From Candidatus Brocadiia bacterium (lineage in GTDB: Bacteria; Planctomycetota; PUPC01; DSUN01), in contig JBKHIY010000006.1 in assembly GCA_046538415.1 (NCBI GenBank), positions 18,178 through 82,177 on the forward strand: a DNA stretch of 64,000 nucleotides, in the 5' to 3' direction. Made by a program: the position numbers and the translations under genes. Each line of letters starts with the position of its first letter. The first letter of the stretch is position 1. The notes under the pieces are model-generated. The model worked only from the letters and a program-made list of their open reading frames with translations. It was not told the DNA's origin and made no database searches. This document shows positions 1 through 10,237 of the stretch, piece by piece.

Positions 1-162
1 CTCGAGCCGCCCCGCGTCGGCCAACGCAAGCGCGTGGTGCAGGGCGACATGCGGCGATGCAGGCGCCGCCGCGGCGGCGCGCTCAGCCGCCTCCAGCGCC
101 GCGGCGGCTTCGCCTCGCCGGCGCAGGCTTTGGCTCCGGAAGAGCAGCCCCGTTGCGCTCAC
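1..162 (-). CDS. Hypothetical protein, N-terminal fragment (gene runs off the left edge)
   Basis: Not in the ORF track (54 codons, truncated by the window). Minus-strand GTG at 160-162, AGGAG at 170-174 seven nt upstream, promoter-like hexamers at 186-214, frame open to position 1. Translation VSATGLLFRSQSLRRRGEAAAALEAAE... is Ala/Arg-rich and helical; no family recognised. Confidence 0.35.
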   Translation of the reverse strand, partial: MSATGLLFRSQSLRRRGEAAAALEAAERAAAAAPASPHVALHHALALADAGRLE

Positions 163-185
163 GTTCTCGCTCCTGCCTGGGCCGC

Positions 186-214
186 ATTATAGCGCCCGGG
201 CACACGGGGAGCAA
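186..214 (-). promoter_or_regulatory. Sigma70-like promoter, TTGCTC-17-TATAAT (minus strand)
   Basis: Reverse complement of 186-214 reads TTGCTC cccgtgtgcccgggcgc TATAAT. It sits just upstream of the SD and GTG of the edge gene. Confidence 0.4.
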
Positions 215-310
215 CGGCGTCGAAGCCGCCTGACGGCGCACCTAGACAGTGGGCGCCGAACACAAGGCACGCGCCGCCTGGTGCGAACGCAGGGGTGGGG
301 GGCCTGCCCC

Positions 311-514
311 TCAGGCCTTGGCCAGGCTCCAGTGCATGCCCCTGCCCTTGAGCAGAGGGACGAGCTTATCCTCGCGAGCCAGCCATCCGATGGCCTGGTT
401 GATGGTGCTGTCCTTCAGTCCCGTGGCCTTCTTGATCTGCGAAGCGGAGGCGGCGCCGTTGGCCTCGAGGTAGCGGTACACTTCGCCTGCGGCGGTCCCG
501 ATGTCGACTTCCAT
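311..514 (-). CDS. Small winged-helix protein (DUF2582-like wHTH), about 67 aa
   Basis: Taken from the internal ATG of ORF 311..604. MEVDIGTAAGEVYRYLEANGAASASQIKKATGLKDSTINQAIGWLAREDKL matches the pattern of the small stand-alone wHTH family. GGAAGGAG lies 6 nt upstream (521-530). The upstream 30 codons are Pro/Ser/Arg-rich and look non-coding. Confidence 0.65.
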   Translation of the reverse strand: MEVDIGTAAGEVYRYLEANGAASASQIKKATGLKDSTINQAIGWLAREDKLVPLLKGRGMHWSLAKA

Positions 515-710
515 GTCTACGTCTCCTTCCTCCCGCTGCTGGGAGGAGCGCCTGATGGATATGCGTGGAAACCCCGTCGAGGGAAGGCTTGGGGGAGGGG
601 ACAAGCAGCTCGCGTCGGGCCTTCCCTGTGCCGCGTATTTTAACCGCCTGCGGCGTGGGGGGCAAGATGAATTCGGTTTTTTTCTCGTTGCCGCTCTGTG
701 AGCGGCGCGT

Positions 711-2663
711 TTACTTCAGGATGGCGAAGCGGCGCACGGCGACCTTCTTCTGGCCCGCCCTCTCGGCCTCGATCCGCACCTCCTGGGCCTCCCCGCGGGG
801 CCGCACGCGGGCGGCGAAGCGACCATCCGCGCCGGCCTCGAGGGCCCTCCCGTTGGCCCGCACGGCCGTGCCCGGACGGACGACGCCCCGAAGCTCGACC
901 ACGATGGGGCCGTGGACCAGCGTGGAGCCCGCCGGGGGCTCGAGCTGGAAGAGCAGCAACGGCTCCCTGCCCATGGCCACGATCTCGTCGGCGATCTGTG
1001 CTCGCACGGCCTGGATGCGGGCCGGCTCGCGCTCGGGGCTAGCGATGTCGGGCACCACCCTGCGGGCGAACTGGAGGGCCCGGCGGCGGGGGTCCACCCA
1101 CGCGGCGGGCCGGCCCAAACGTCGCTTGACGTCGTCGGTCCTCGCGGCCAGCAGGTGGAGGTACTCGTAGTCCTCGATGCTCTCCCGCTGGATTTCCCAG
1201 CGGAGCGATGCGATGGGGCCGTCGCTGCCCGGGTAGATGACGTGGGTGTCGCCGGGAGGCAATCGGTCGGGTGGAGTTCCGAAGGGCTCGTCGGGCCAGA
1301 AGTTCAGGCCCCAGTGGAGGTAGCCGTCGAGTTGGTAGGCGAAGTTGATCCAGTGGAGCACGCGCACGGAGGCGAGCGGATAGTCGAGGAAGCGGTTGGG
1401 ATAGTGGTTGCCGAAGGGGTGGCAGCAGATGTAGTACCACATCTCGTTGTCCGCTCGCCGCGCTTCGTAGGCCTGGCGCCAGCGGTGGTAGTGGGAGAGC
1501 TTGGGCACCCAGACCTCCAGGGCGCCGGCGAAATCCAGGGTCTCGATGGCATCGATGCGCCGCAGGCCAGGCGCCGCGCGGCGAACGAACGCCGAGGCCT
1601 GGCGCCAGGAGGCGATGTTGTGGAGGGCGGGCTCGTCGCCCACGTGGATCATCGCTTTCTCCAGCCAGCCTCGGCGGGCCAGGTGGCGCTCGAGGTCGGC
1701 CAGCAGCCAGGCCAGGCCCTCCTCGGGGGCCAGCCCCACGCGCTTGCCCGTCGCCTGGTCGGTGGCGGGCACCTTCGAGAAGACGAACTCGGTGCTGGCC
1801 CACCGGCCCGGGCCGTGGTGGGCCACGTGGCGGATCTCGATGCGATCGGCCGCCTCCGCCCGCTCGAAAAGCTCGATGTAGCGGTCGAAGCGGCCGTAGT
1901 CGAAGCTCAGCTTCCCCTCCGCCTCGCGGGTCACCTCGATGAGCGTCCAGGGCGTGTAGACCACGTTCTGGCGATGAGCCGCCATGTGGCGCGCGTAGCG
2001 CTCGAGAAGCTCCCAGAAGGCCTCCGACCAGGCTTCCACGCCGTGGGCCTTCGCGATCCGGGCCGTGCTGAACCAATTGGTCACCAGCAAATGCCGCTCG
2101 CGAGGCAGGACGAAGGGGTCGACCGACAGGCGAACAGGCACCGCCGCGCGCTGGCCGCCCGCGACCACGGCCACCTCGCCCTCGTAAGTCCCCGGCGCCG
2201 CACCCTCAGGCACGCGGACGGTGAGCCACACCGGCTGGGTGACGCCAGCGGGCACGTCGAGGGTGCGTTGCTCCAGCAGAGGGTCGGGGACGTGGCAGGG
2301 AGCGGCGCGCACCTGGAGGCGGTCGGAGTCGCGGGTATTCTTCTCCAGGGGGATGAAGCCCACGAAGTTCCAGGCCAGGCCGCCTCCTCCGATCTCGCCT
2401 CCGCCCTCGGCGTGTCGAAGGGGCGTTACCTCGACGCTGACGCCCTCCAGGGGCTCCGGGCAGCGGAAGGCGATCTGGCCGGGCTCGAACTCGTTGCGCG
2501 CCGCGCGCAGGACCACGGAGCCCGCAGCCGCGGGCGGCGGGGCGTCGCGGAAGACCTTGGTGTGAGGGTCCACTGCCCAGGCGGTCAGCCCGCCGCCGCG
2601 TGCCCCCACCCCGCCGCCCGCCGCCACGGCGAGGGCAGCCACGGTCGTAAGCATCCTGCCCAT
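711..2663 (-). CDS. Secreted DUF4091-type glycoside-hydrolase-like protein
   Basis: ORF 711..2702 trimmed to the ATG at 2663, with GGAGGA 7 nt upstream. Signal-like N-terminus MGRMLTTVAALAVAAGG. The central region (LLVTNWF..., MWYYICCHP, YLHWGLNFW) is typical of the DUF4091 glycoside-hydrolase domain family. Confidence 0.75.
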   Translation of the reverse strand: MGRMLTTVAALAVAAGGGVGARGGGLTAWAVDPHTKVFRDAPPPAAAGSVVLRAARNEFEPGQIAFRCPEPLEGVSVEVTPLRHAEGGGEIGGGGLAWNFVGFIPLEKNTRDSDRLQVRAAPCHVPDPLLEQRTLDVPAGVTQPVWLTVRVPEGAAPGTYEGEVAVVAGGQRAAVPVRLSVDPFVLPRERHLLVTNWFSTARIAKAHGVEAWSEAFWELLERYARHMAAHRQNVVYTPWTLIEVTREAEGKLSFDYGRFDRYIELFERAEAADRIEIRHVAHHGPGRWASTEFVFSKVPATDQATGKRVGLAPEEGLAWLLADLERHLARRGWLEKAMIHVGDEPALHNIASWRQASAFVRRAAPGLRRIDAIETLDFAGALEVWVPKLSHYHRWRQAYEARRADNEMWYYICCHPFGNHYPNRFLDYPLASVRVLHWINFAYQLDGYLHWGLNFWPDEPFGTPPDRLPPGDTHVIYPGSDGPIASLRWEIQRESIEDYEYLHLLAARTDDVKRRLGRPAAWVDPRRRALQFARRVVPDIASPEREPARIQAVRAQIADEIVAMGREPLLLFQLEPPAGSTLVHGPIVVELRGVVRPGTAVRANGRALEAGADGRFAARVRPRGEAQEVRIEAERAGQKKVAVRRFAILK

Positions 2664-2881
2664 TGCACGCTCCTCCACTCCACTGGGCCAGGGGGCCACC
2701 ATTCCGTCCGAGGGTGCATTCTAGCCCGCCCGCAGCGCGTGTCAAACGCCCCCGGCCGGGCCGGAGCGACGGGAGGCAAGCACTCGCCTGCGAGCGGCCC
2801 CCGCACGACGCAAGGGCAGAGCTGGCAACGTGTTGCGGCCTCGGAGGGCGCATGCGCCCGGGGAGGGCGCGGAACTGGGGC

Positions 2882-2909
2882 TTGACAATCATTTGTCCAG
2901 CCGTATATT
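2882..2909 (+). promoter_or_regulatory. Sigma70-like promoter of the dtxR-feoAB unit, TTGACA-16/17-TATATT
   Basis: This is the only strongly AT-rich island in the 2664-2945 divergent intergenic region. TTGACA at 2882-2887, TATATT at 2904-2909. A short inverted repeat GACAA-N4-TTGTC overlaps the -35 and may be an operator. Confidence 0.5.
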
Positions 2910-2945
2910 ATTAGGTGGAGGAAACTTTTGCGGAAGGATAGTGTC

Positions 2946-3473
2946 ATGGCCACCGTGGAAGCGCTGTCGGCCAGTCTCGAAGATTATCTCGAGGCCATCT
3001 ACCATCTGGTGCAAGCCCACCGCGTGGCCCGCGTGAAGGACATCGCGGCGCGGCTGGACGTCCAGATGCCCTCGGTGACCACGGCCCTCCGCGCCCTGGC
3101 AGCTCGTGACCTGGTCCACCACGACCCCTACAGCTACGTGACGCTCACCCAGGAGGGCGAGGAGGTGGCCCGCGAGGTGGTACGTCGCCACGAGGTCCTC
3201 ACCCACTTCCTGGCCGATTTCCTGGGCGTGGAACGGTCGGTAGCGGACCGCAACGCCTGCCATCTGGAACACGCCATCGAGCCCGTGGTACTGGAGCGGC
3301 TGGTGGGCTTCATCGACTTCGCGGAGCGCTGCCCCCGTGCGGAGGTGAAGTGGATGCACGGCTCGGCGTGCTTCTGCGGCGAGGGGGACGAGCCGCGGTC
3401 TTGCGAGGCGTGCGTGGCTCGGTGCCTGGAGGCCCTACGGTCGCGGAGGGAGGAGGGCGAGGCGTCGCCGTGA
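2946..3473 (+). CDS. DtxR/IdeR-family metal-dependent transcriptional repressor with a Cys-rich C-terminus
   Basis: LSASLEDYLEAIYHL wHTH N-terminus; metal-site motifs RRHEVLTHFL and NACHLEHAIEP (the C-x2-E-H of the DtxR primary site). ATG at 2946 follows GGAAGGA; the track start at 2928 is a TTG alternative. The C-terminal 45 aa carry 6 Cys instead of the usual SH3/FeoA-like domain. Confidence 0.85.
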   Translation: MATVEALSASLEDYLEAIYHLVQAHRVARVKDIAARLDVQMPSVTTALRALAARDLVHHDPYSYVTLTQEGEEVAREVVRRHEVLTHFLADFLGVERSVADRNACHLEHAIEPVVLERLVGFIDFAERCPRAEVKWMHGSACFCGEGDEPRSCEACVARCLEALRSRREEGEASP

Positions 3474-3721
3474 GCGCTCACGCGGAGAAGGCGGCCGACG
3501 GCGCCGGGGTGCTGAGCAGCGTCCCCGAAGGGCGCCGTGTGCGGGTGGTAGCCCTGGACGCGGGCCGGGGGATGGCGGCCCGCCTCGCGGCCATGGGCGT
3601 GGTGCCCGGCGTAGAGTTACTCGTGGTCAACAACCGGGGAGCGGGGCCCGTGGTGGTGGAGGTGAAGGGCACGCGCCTGGCGCTCGGCCGGGGCATGGCC
3701 CTCAAGATCCTGGTCCGCTAG
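3470..3721 (+). CDS. feoA: FeoA family ferrous-iron transport protein
   Basis: The GTG at 3470 overlaps the dtxR stop (GTGA). The sequence VRVVALDAGRGMAARLAAMGVVPGVELLVVNN...VEVKGTRLALGRGMALKILV is a typical FeoA SH3-like domain. The upstream part of track ORF 3350..3721 is an off-frame overlap with dtxR. Confidence 0.8.
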   Translation: MSAHAEKAADGAGVLSSVPEGRRVRVVALDAGRGMAARLAAMGVVPGVELLVVNNRGAGPVVVEVKGTRLALGRGMALKILVR

Positions 3722-3749
3722 CCGCCGCTGCCCCCCAGGCGACCGACCT

Positions 3750-6326
3750 GTGAACCGTCCCATCACCATCGCTCTGGCCGGCAATCCCAACTCCGGCAAG
3801 ACCACCATCTTCAACAACCTCACCGGCGCCCACCAGCACGTCGGCAACTACCCCGGCGTGACCGTGGAGAAGAAGGAGGGGGTGTGCTACCACCGCGGCC
3901 ACCGCATCCAGGTGGTCGACCTCCCCGGCACCTACAGCCTCACCGCCTACAGCGTGGAGGAGGTGGTGGCCCGCGACTTCATCATCGAGCAGCGGCCCGA
4001 CGTCGTGGTCCACGTGGTCGACGCCTCCAACCTCGAGCGCAACTTGTACCTGACCACCCAGCTCATCGAGCTGGGTGCCCCCCTGGTGCTGGCCCTGAAC
4101 ATGAGCGACATCGCCGAGCGGCGAGGCCTGGCCATCGACGGCCGTCGCCTGGGCGAGCTACTGGGCGCTCGCGTGGTGCCCACGGTGGGCCATCGCGGCA
4201 AGGGCACTCCGGAGCTGCTGGACGCCATCGTGGGGGTGGGCCTGGGCACCGCGGCTCGGGCTTCGGTGGCGGTGACCTACGGCCGCGAGATCGACGAGGA
4301 GGTGACCAAGCTGGCCGCGGTCGTGGCCGAGGAGCCCCAACTGGTCGACCACTATCCCCCGCGGTGGCTGGCGGTGAAGCTCCTGGAGGACGACCCCATC
4401 GTCCGCGAGTGCGTGGAGCGCCGCGCCGGCGACGCGGCTCGGCTGCTGGGCCACGCGGAGGCGTCGCGGCACCACATTCGCACCGTGTTCGGCGAGTCGC
4501 CCGAGCTGGTGATCGCCGACCGCCGCTACGGCTTCATCTCCGGCGCCTGCCAGGAGGCGGTGGTGCGCACCGTGGAGGCCCGCCACTCGCTCTCCGACCG
4601 CATCGACGCGGTGGTCATGCACCGGGGGCTGGGCATCCCTATCTTCCTCCTGTTCACCTACCTGATGTTCCAGTTCACCTTCACGGTGGGCGACGCGCCG
4701 ACGAGCTGGGTGGAATCGCTCTTCGGATGGCTGGGGGATTCGGTGGCGCGGCTGTGGCCTAAGTCGTCGGCCAGCCCCATCCGCTCGCTGCTCGTCGACG
4801 GAGTCATCGCGGGGGTCGGGGGGGTCCTCACCTTCGTCCCCTACATCATGCTCCTGTTCCTGGCCATCTCCGTGCTCGAGGACACCGGGTACATGGCCCG
4901 CGCGGCGTTCATCATGGACCGGGTGATGCACAAGATCGGGCTGCACGGCAAGAGCTTCATCCCCATGCTGCTGGGCTTCGGCTGCTCCGTGCCCGCCATC
5001 ATGGCCACCCGCACGTTGGACACCCGCCGCGACCGCCTGACCACCATGCTGGTGATCCCCCTGATGAGCTGTAGCGCCCGGCTGGTCATCTACTCGGTGA
5101 TCATCGGGGCTTTCTTCCGCAACCGCGTGCTGGTGGACGCCGGGGTGCTCCAGCTGCGGGTCCAGCCCCTGATGTTCTTCGTCATCTACCTGATCGGCAT
5201 TCTTCTGGGCATCGGCGGAGCCAAGCTCCTGCGGACCACCATCCTGCGGGGCGAGACCACGCCCCTCGTCATGGAGCTCCCGCCCTACCGCATGCCCACC
5301 CTCAAGGGCCTGATCATCCACATGTGGGAGCGGGCCTGGCTCTACGTGAAGAAGGCGGGCACCATCATTCTCGCTTTCTCCATCGTCCTGTGGGCCCTCA
5401 CCAGCTACCCTCGGAAGACCGACTTCGCCCAGGACTACGCGGCCCGCGAGGTCGCGGCCCGGCACCGCTACGTCGAGGGCGTGCGAGCCCTGGCCGAGCC
5501 TCTTGGCATCCCGCGACACGGCGACCAACTGGCCCGGCTCGCCCGCGCCGAAATGGACCTCGCCGCCGCCGACCGTAGCCACTACGACTGGGAGCAGGAG
5601 CACCAGGAGGCCGCCCAGCGCTACCGGGCCGCCCTGGCTCAACTGCGGGAAGGGCCGGGGGGCGAGCGCATCGACGCGTTCCTCGACTTCCGCCAAGCGG
5701 TGGCCGAAGTGCTCGAGGCCCACCAGACGGCTCTCGAGGACCTCGGCCCCGAGCCCTCGGCCACCGAAAGGCTCCTCCTCGAGCACGACCGCGATGCCCG
5801 CCTCGCCCAGCTCCAGGAGCGCGACCCTGCCGCCTACGGAGCCGCCGTGGCCTTCCTGGACGGGGTGCGCCCGCCCTACCGGCGGGCCATCCGGGCCATC
5901 CGCAACGAGCGAGCCGCGGAGCAGCTCGCCCACTCGGCCATCGGCAGCCTCGGCCGGGCCATCGAGCCGGCCACCCGTCCCCTGGGGTTCGACTGGAAGA
6001 TCGGCACCGCCCTCCTGGGGGCTTTCGGAGCCAAGGAGGTGTTCGTGGCCCAGATGGGCATCGTCTACGCGGTGGGCTCCGAGGAGGAGGGCCACGAAGC
6101 CCTGCGCGAGCGGCTGCGGGCCGACTACTCGCCTCTCCAGGCCTTCGCCATCATGCTCTTCTGCCTCATCTCCATGCCCTGCGTGGCCACCATCGCGGCC
6201 ACCCGCCGGGAGAGCGGGCGATGGGCCTGGGCCCTCCTCCAGCTCGCGGGGCTCACCGCGCTCGCCTATCTCGTTACCCTCGTGGTCTACCAGCTCGGCT
6301 CCCTGCTCCGCATCGGCACGGGGTAG
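3750..6326 (+). CDS. feoB: Ferrous iron transporter FeoB (858 aa) with a long helical loop insertion
   Basis: N-terminal G-domain GNPNSGKTT, DLPG, NMSD; polytopic membrane domain with gate motifs; PLGFDW near the C-terminal membrane half. GTG start. Confidence 0.95.
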   Translation: MNRPITIALAGNPNSGKTTIFNNLTGAHQHVGNYPGVTVEKKEGVCYHRGHRIQVVDLPGTYSLTAYSVEEVVARDFIIEQRPDVVVHVVDASNLERNLYLTTQLIELGAPLVLALNMSDIAERRGLAIDGRRLGELLGARVVPTVGHRGKGTPELLDAIVGVGLGTAARASVAVTYGREIDEEVTKLAAVVAEEPQLVDHYPPRWLAVKLLEDDPIVRECVERRAGDAARLLGHAEASRHHIRTVFGESPELVIADRRYGFISGACQEAVVRTVEARHSLSDRIDAVVMHRGLGIPIFLLFTYLMFQFTFTVGDAPTSWVESLFGWLGDSVARLWPKSSASPIRSLLVDGVIAGVGGVLTFVPYIMLLFLAISVLEDTGYMARAAFIMDRVMHKIGLHGKSFIPMLLGFGCSVPAIMATRTLDTRRDRLTTMLVIPLMSCSARLVIYSVIIGAFFRNRVLVDAGVLQLRVQPLMFFVIYLIGILLGIGGAKLLRTTILRGETTPLVMELPPYRMPTLKGLIIHMWERAWLYVKKAGTIILAFSIVLWALTSYPRKTDFAQDYAAREVAARHRYVEGVRALAEPLGIPRHGDQLARLARAEMDLAAADRSHYDWEQEHQEAAQRYRAALAQLREGPGGERIDAFLDFRQAVAEVLEAHQTALEDLGPEPSATERLLLEHDRDARLAQLQERDPAAYGAAVAFLDGVRPPYRRAIRAIRNERAAEQLAHSAIGSLGRAIEPATRPLGFDWKIGTALLGAFGAKEVFVAQMGIVYAVGSEEEGHEALRERLRADYSPLQAFAIMLFCLISMPCVATIAATRRESGRWAWALLQLAGLTALAYLVTLVVYQLGSLLRIGTG

Positions 6327-6411
6327 GGAGAGACTCTGCTCCCAGTCGCGTGCCGGGGGGCGCCGGGCGCGCCTTGTCGGGGCTGTGGTAGGCTGCGCGG
6401 CGGAAGGCGGC

Positions 6412-7614
6412 TCAGATGTGCCAGGGGGCCCGCTTGGGCCGGTCGAGCCAGCGGTTGGCCGCGGGGTCGCCGACGAAGCGCTCGTGGACCGGGTCCCACT
6501 TCAGCGGCCTCTTGAGCCAGTAGGCCAGGTTTCCGATGTGGCACACGGTGACGGAGCGGCAGCCGATCTCCGCGTGGCAGATGGGCTTTCGGCGGGTGCG
6601 GATGCACTCCACCCAGTTGGCCTTGTGGCCCGGGCTGCGGTAGAGGTGCACTTCGTCGGGCGCGGTGGGCTTTTCCATGATGTGGGGCGGGTCGGTCTTG
6701 AGGGTACCGCGGTCGACCATCACGCGGCCCTCGGTGCCGATGAACTCGATCTGGGCGCCGCGTGCCCCGCCGTGGGTCACCTCCACGCCGTTTTCGTAGA
6801 TGTAGGTCAGGTAGCGGACGTCCTTGCCGTCGGGCGGGATCACCTCGCGAGGCCCGGAGTGGTCCATGTCCAGAGCCCACTGGACGATGTCGAAGTGGTG
6901 GTGCCCCCAGTCGGTCATGCCGCCCCCGGAGTAGTCGCGGTAGCGGCGCCATCCGTGGAGGATGCGGCGGTTGAAGGGCCGCCAGGGCGCGGGGCCGAGC
7001 CACATATTCCAGTCTACCCCTTCGGGCGTGGGCTCCGCGGGCAGGTAGCACGGGCCGGAGGGGCCGCCCACGTTCACGCGGATGGTCTGGATCTGGCCGA
7101 TGCGGCCGCTGCGGACCATCTCGCAGGCGAAGCGGAACTTGCCGCCGTAGGCCGAGCGCTGCTGGCTGCCGGTCTGGAACACCCGGCCGTAGCGGCTCAC
7201 CGTGTCGGCCACGGCCCGGGCCTCGCGGATGGTGAGGGTGAGGGGCTTCTCGCAGTAGATGTCCTTGCCCGCCTGGGCGGCCTGGATGGACGGGATGGCA
7301 TGCCAGTGGTCGGGGGTGCCGACGAGCACGGCGTCGATGTCGTCGCGGGCCAGCAGCTCGCGGAAGTCGCGATAGACCGCGACGTCCTTGCGCCCGAAGA
7401 AGGGCCTCAGCTTGTCGTCGCGCACGTCGCAGACGGCGAGGAGCTGAGTGCCCCCCGCGCCGCCGCCGGCGGGGCCGCCGCGCCCGATGATCCCGGTGGT
7501 GATGCGGTCGTTGGCCCCGAAGGCCGTGGAGCGGACGAAGGCGGGAGCCGCAAGCCCCAGGCCCGTCGCGGCCCGCAGGAATCCTCGTCGCGTCAAGGAC
7601 GTGGGTGCTGTCAT
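6412..7614 (-). CDS. TAT-exported Gfo/Idh/MocA family NAD-dependent oxidoreductase (possibly GH109-like)
   Basis: Twin-arginine signal MTAPTSLTRRGFLRAATGLGLAAP; Rossmann motif GIIGRGG; Gfo/Idh/MocA core (EKPLTLT). AAGGAGG lies 7 nt upstream of the ATG. Confidence 0.85.
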   Translation of the reverse strand: MTAPTSLTRRGFLRAATGLGLAAPAFVRSTAFGANDRITTGIIGRGGPAGGGAGGTQLLAVCDVRDDKLRPFFGRKDVAVYRDFRELLARDDIDAVLVGTPDHWHAIPSIQAAQAGKDIYCEKPLTLTIREARAVADTVSRYGRVFQTGSQQRSAYGGKFRFACEMVRSGRIGQIQTIRVNVGGPSGPCYLPAEPTPEGVDWNMWLGPAPWRPFNRRILHGWRRYRDYSGGGMTDWGHHHFDIVQWALDMDHSGPREVIPPDGKDVRYLTYIYENGVEVTHGGARGAQIEFIGTEGRVMVDRGTLKTDPPHIMEKPTAPDEVHLYRSPGHKANWVECIRTRRKPICHAEIGCRSVTVCHIGNLAYWLKRPLKWDPVHERFVGDPAANRWLDRPKRAPWHI

Positions 7615-7752
7615 CGCCGTGCCTCCTTCGTGTCTGCCCTGAAGGCGCGCGCCCGCCGTGGGGCGGCCTGCGTGTTCTGATCATAGGGCGCGCCGCCGTG
7701 GCGATCAAGCGAGACCCGCGGGGCGGCCAGCCGCAGCAACGCCGCGGGCAAC

Positions 7753-9584
<1,832 letters not shown>

Positions 9585-9588
<4 letters not shown>

Positions 9589-9938
9589 GCGGCGAAAGCG
9601 AGAAACCGGGGGACACCCGCCGCCGGTTCCACGACCAGCTCAGCCGCCAGGTGGGCAAGAAGGAGACGCGCAAGATGCGGGCCCGCAGGGAGACTCACCG
9701 CACCATCTGGTTCGGCCTGGGGATGTTCGGCTTGGTGGGCTGGTCGGTGGCCATTCCCACCATCATCGGCGTAGCCCTGGGCATCTGGCTCGACGCCACC
9801 TGGCCGGGGCCGTACTCCTGGACCCTGATGCTGCTCATCCTGGGGGTGGCCCTGGGGTGCCTGAACGCCTGGTTGTGGGTCTCGCGGGAGCGGCGGCAGA
9901 TCGAGACAGGGGAGGGAGAGGAGGGCGAGGGTGAGTGA
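9585..9938 (+). CDS. atpQ: N-ATPase accessory membrane protein AtpQ (AtpZ/AtpI-like)
   Basis: The GTG overlaps the atpC stop (GTGA). Basic N-terminus followed by two TM helices (TIWFGLGMFGLVGWSVAIPTIIGVALGIWL; WTLMLLILGVALGCLNAWLWV). Its position between epsilon and AtpR matches N-ATPase operons. Confidence 0.7.
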
Positions 9939-10227
9939 CGCGGTGGGCCTCCTCGCCGCAGCGGTGGCCGGCCTGGGCCTGGGCTTCGTCTACTTCGGCG
10001 GCCTGTGGCTCACCCTGCGGATGCTCCCTGGCTCCCGGCGGCCGGCGCTGCTGGCGCTGGGGAGCTTCGCGGCGCGGATGGCGCTCCTCCTGGCCGGCAT
10101 CTACGTGGTGATGGGCGAGCGCTGGGAGCGGGCCGTGGTGTGCGTAGGGGGCGCCATGGTGGCCCGCATCCTCCTGGTGCGAAAGCTCAGGCCCGATACC
10201 AAGGCCCCCGAACTGACCGCGCGGTGA
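9931..10227 (+). CDS. atpR: N-ATPase accessory membrane protein AtpR
   Basis: 98 aa, hydrophobic with membrane-embedded or adjacent Arg residues (LWLTLRMLPGSRRPALLALGSFAARMALLLAG). 8-nt overlap with atpQ. The position immediately upstream of atpB matches N-ATPase operons. Confidence 0.7.
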   Translation: MSDAVGLLAAAVAGLGLGFVYFGGLWLTLRMLPGSRRPALLALGSFAARMALLLAGIYVVMGERWERAVVCVGGAMVARILLVRKLRPDTKAPELTAR

Positions 10228-10237
10228 GGCGCGCCCC

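Noticed and set aside
677-706. A T7 run followed by the hairpin GCCGCTC-tgt-GAGCGGC, next to the stop of the DUF4091 gene.
   Set aside because: The geometry is wrong for an intrinsic terminator. On the plus strand the T-run precedes the hairpin. On the minus strand, the direction of the gene that ends here, the hairpin is followed by an A-run. It may still stabilise the 3' end, but I do not call it a terminator.
2911-2929. A possible DtxR/IdeR operator (TTAGGT half-site) between the -10 and the dtxR start.
   Set aside because: Only about half of the 19-bp TTAGGTTAGCCTAACCTAA consensus matches, and there is no dyad symmetry. The GACAA-N4-TTGTC inverted repeat over the -35 is an equally weak alternative. 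Neither can be called an operator without binding data.
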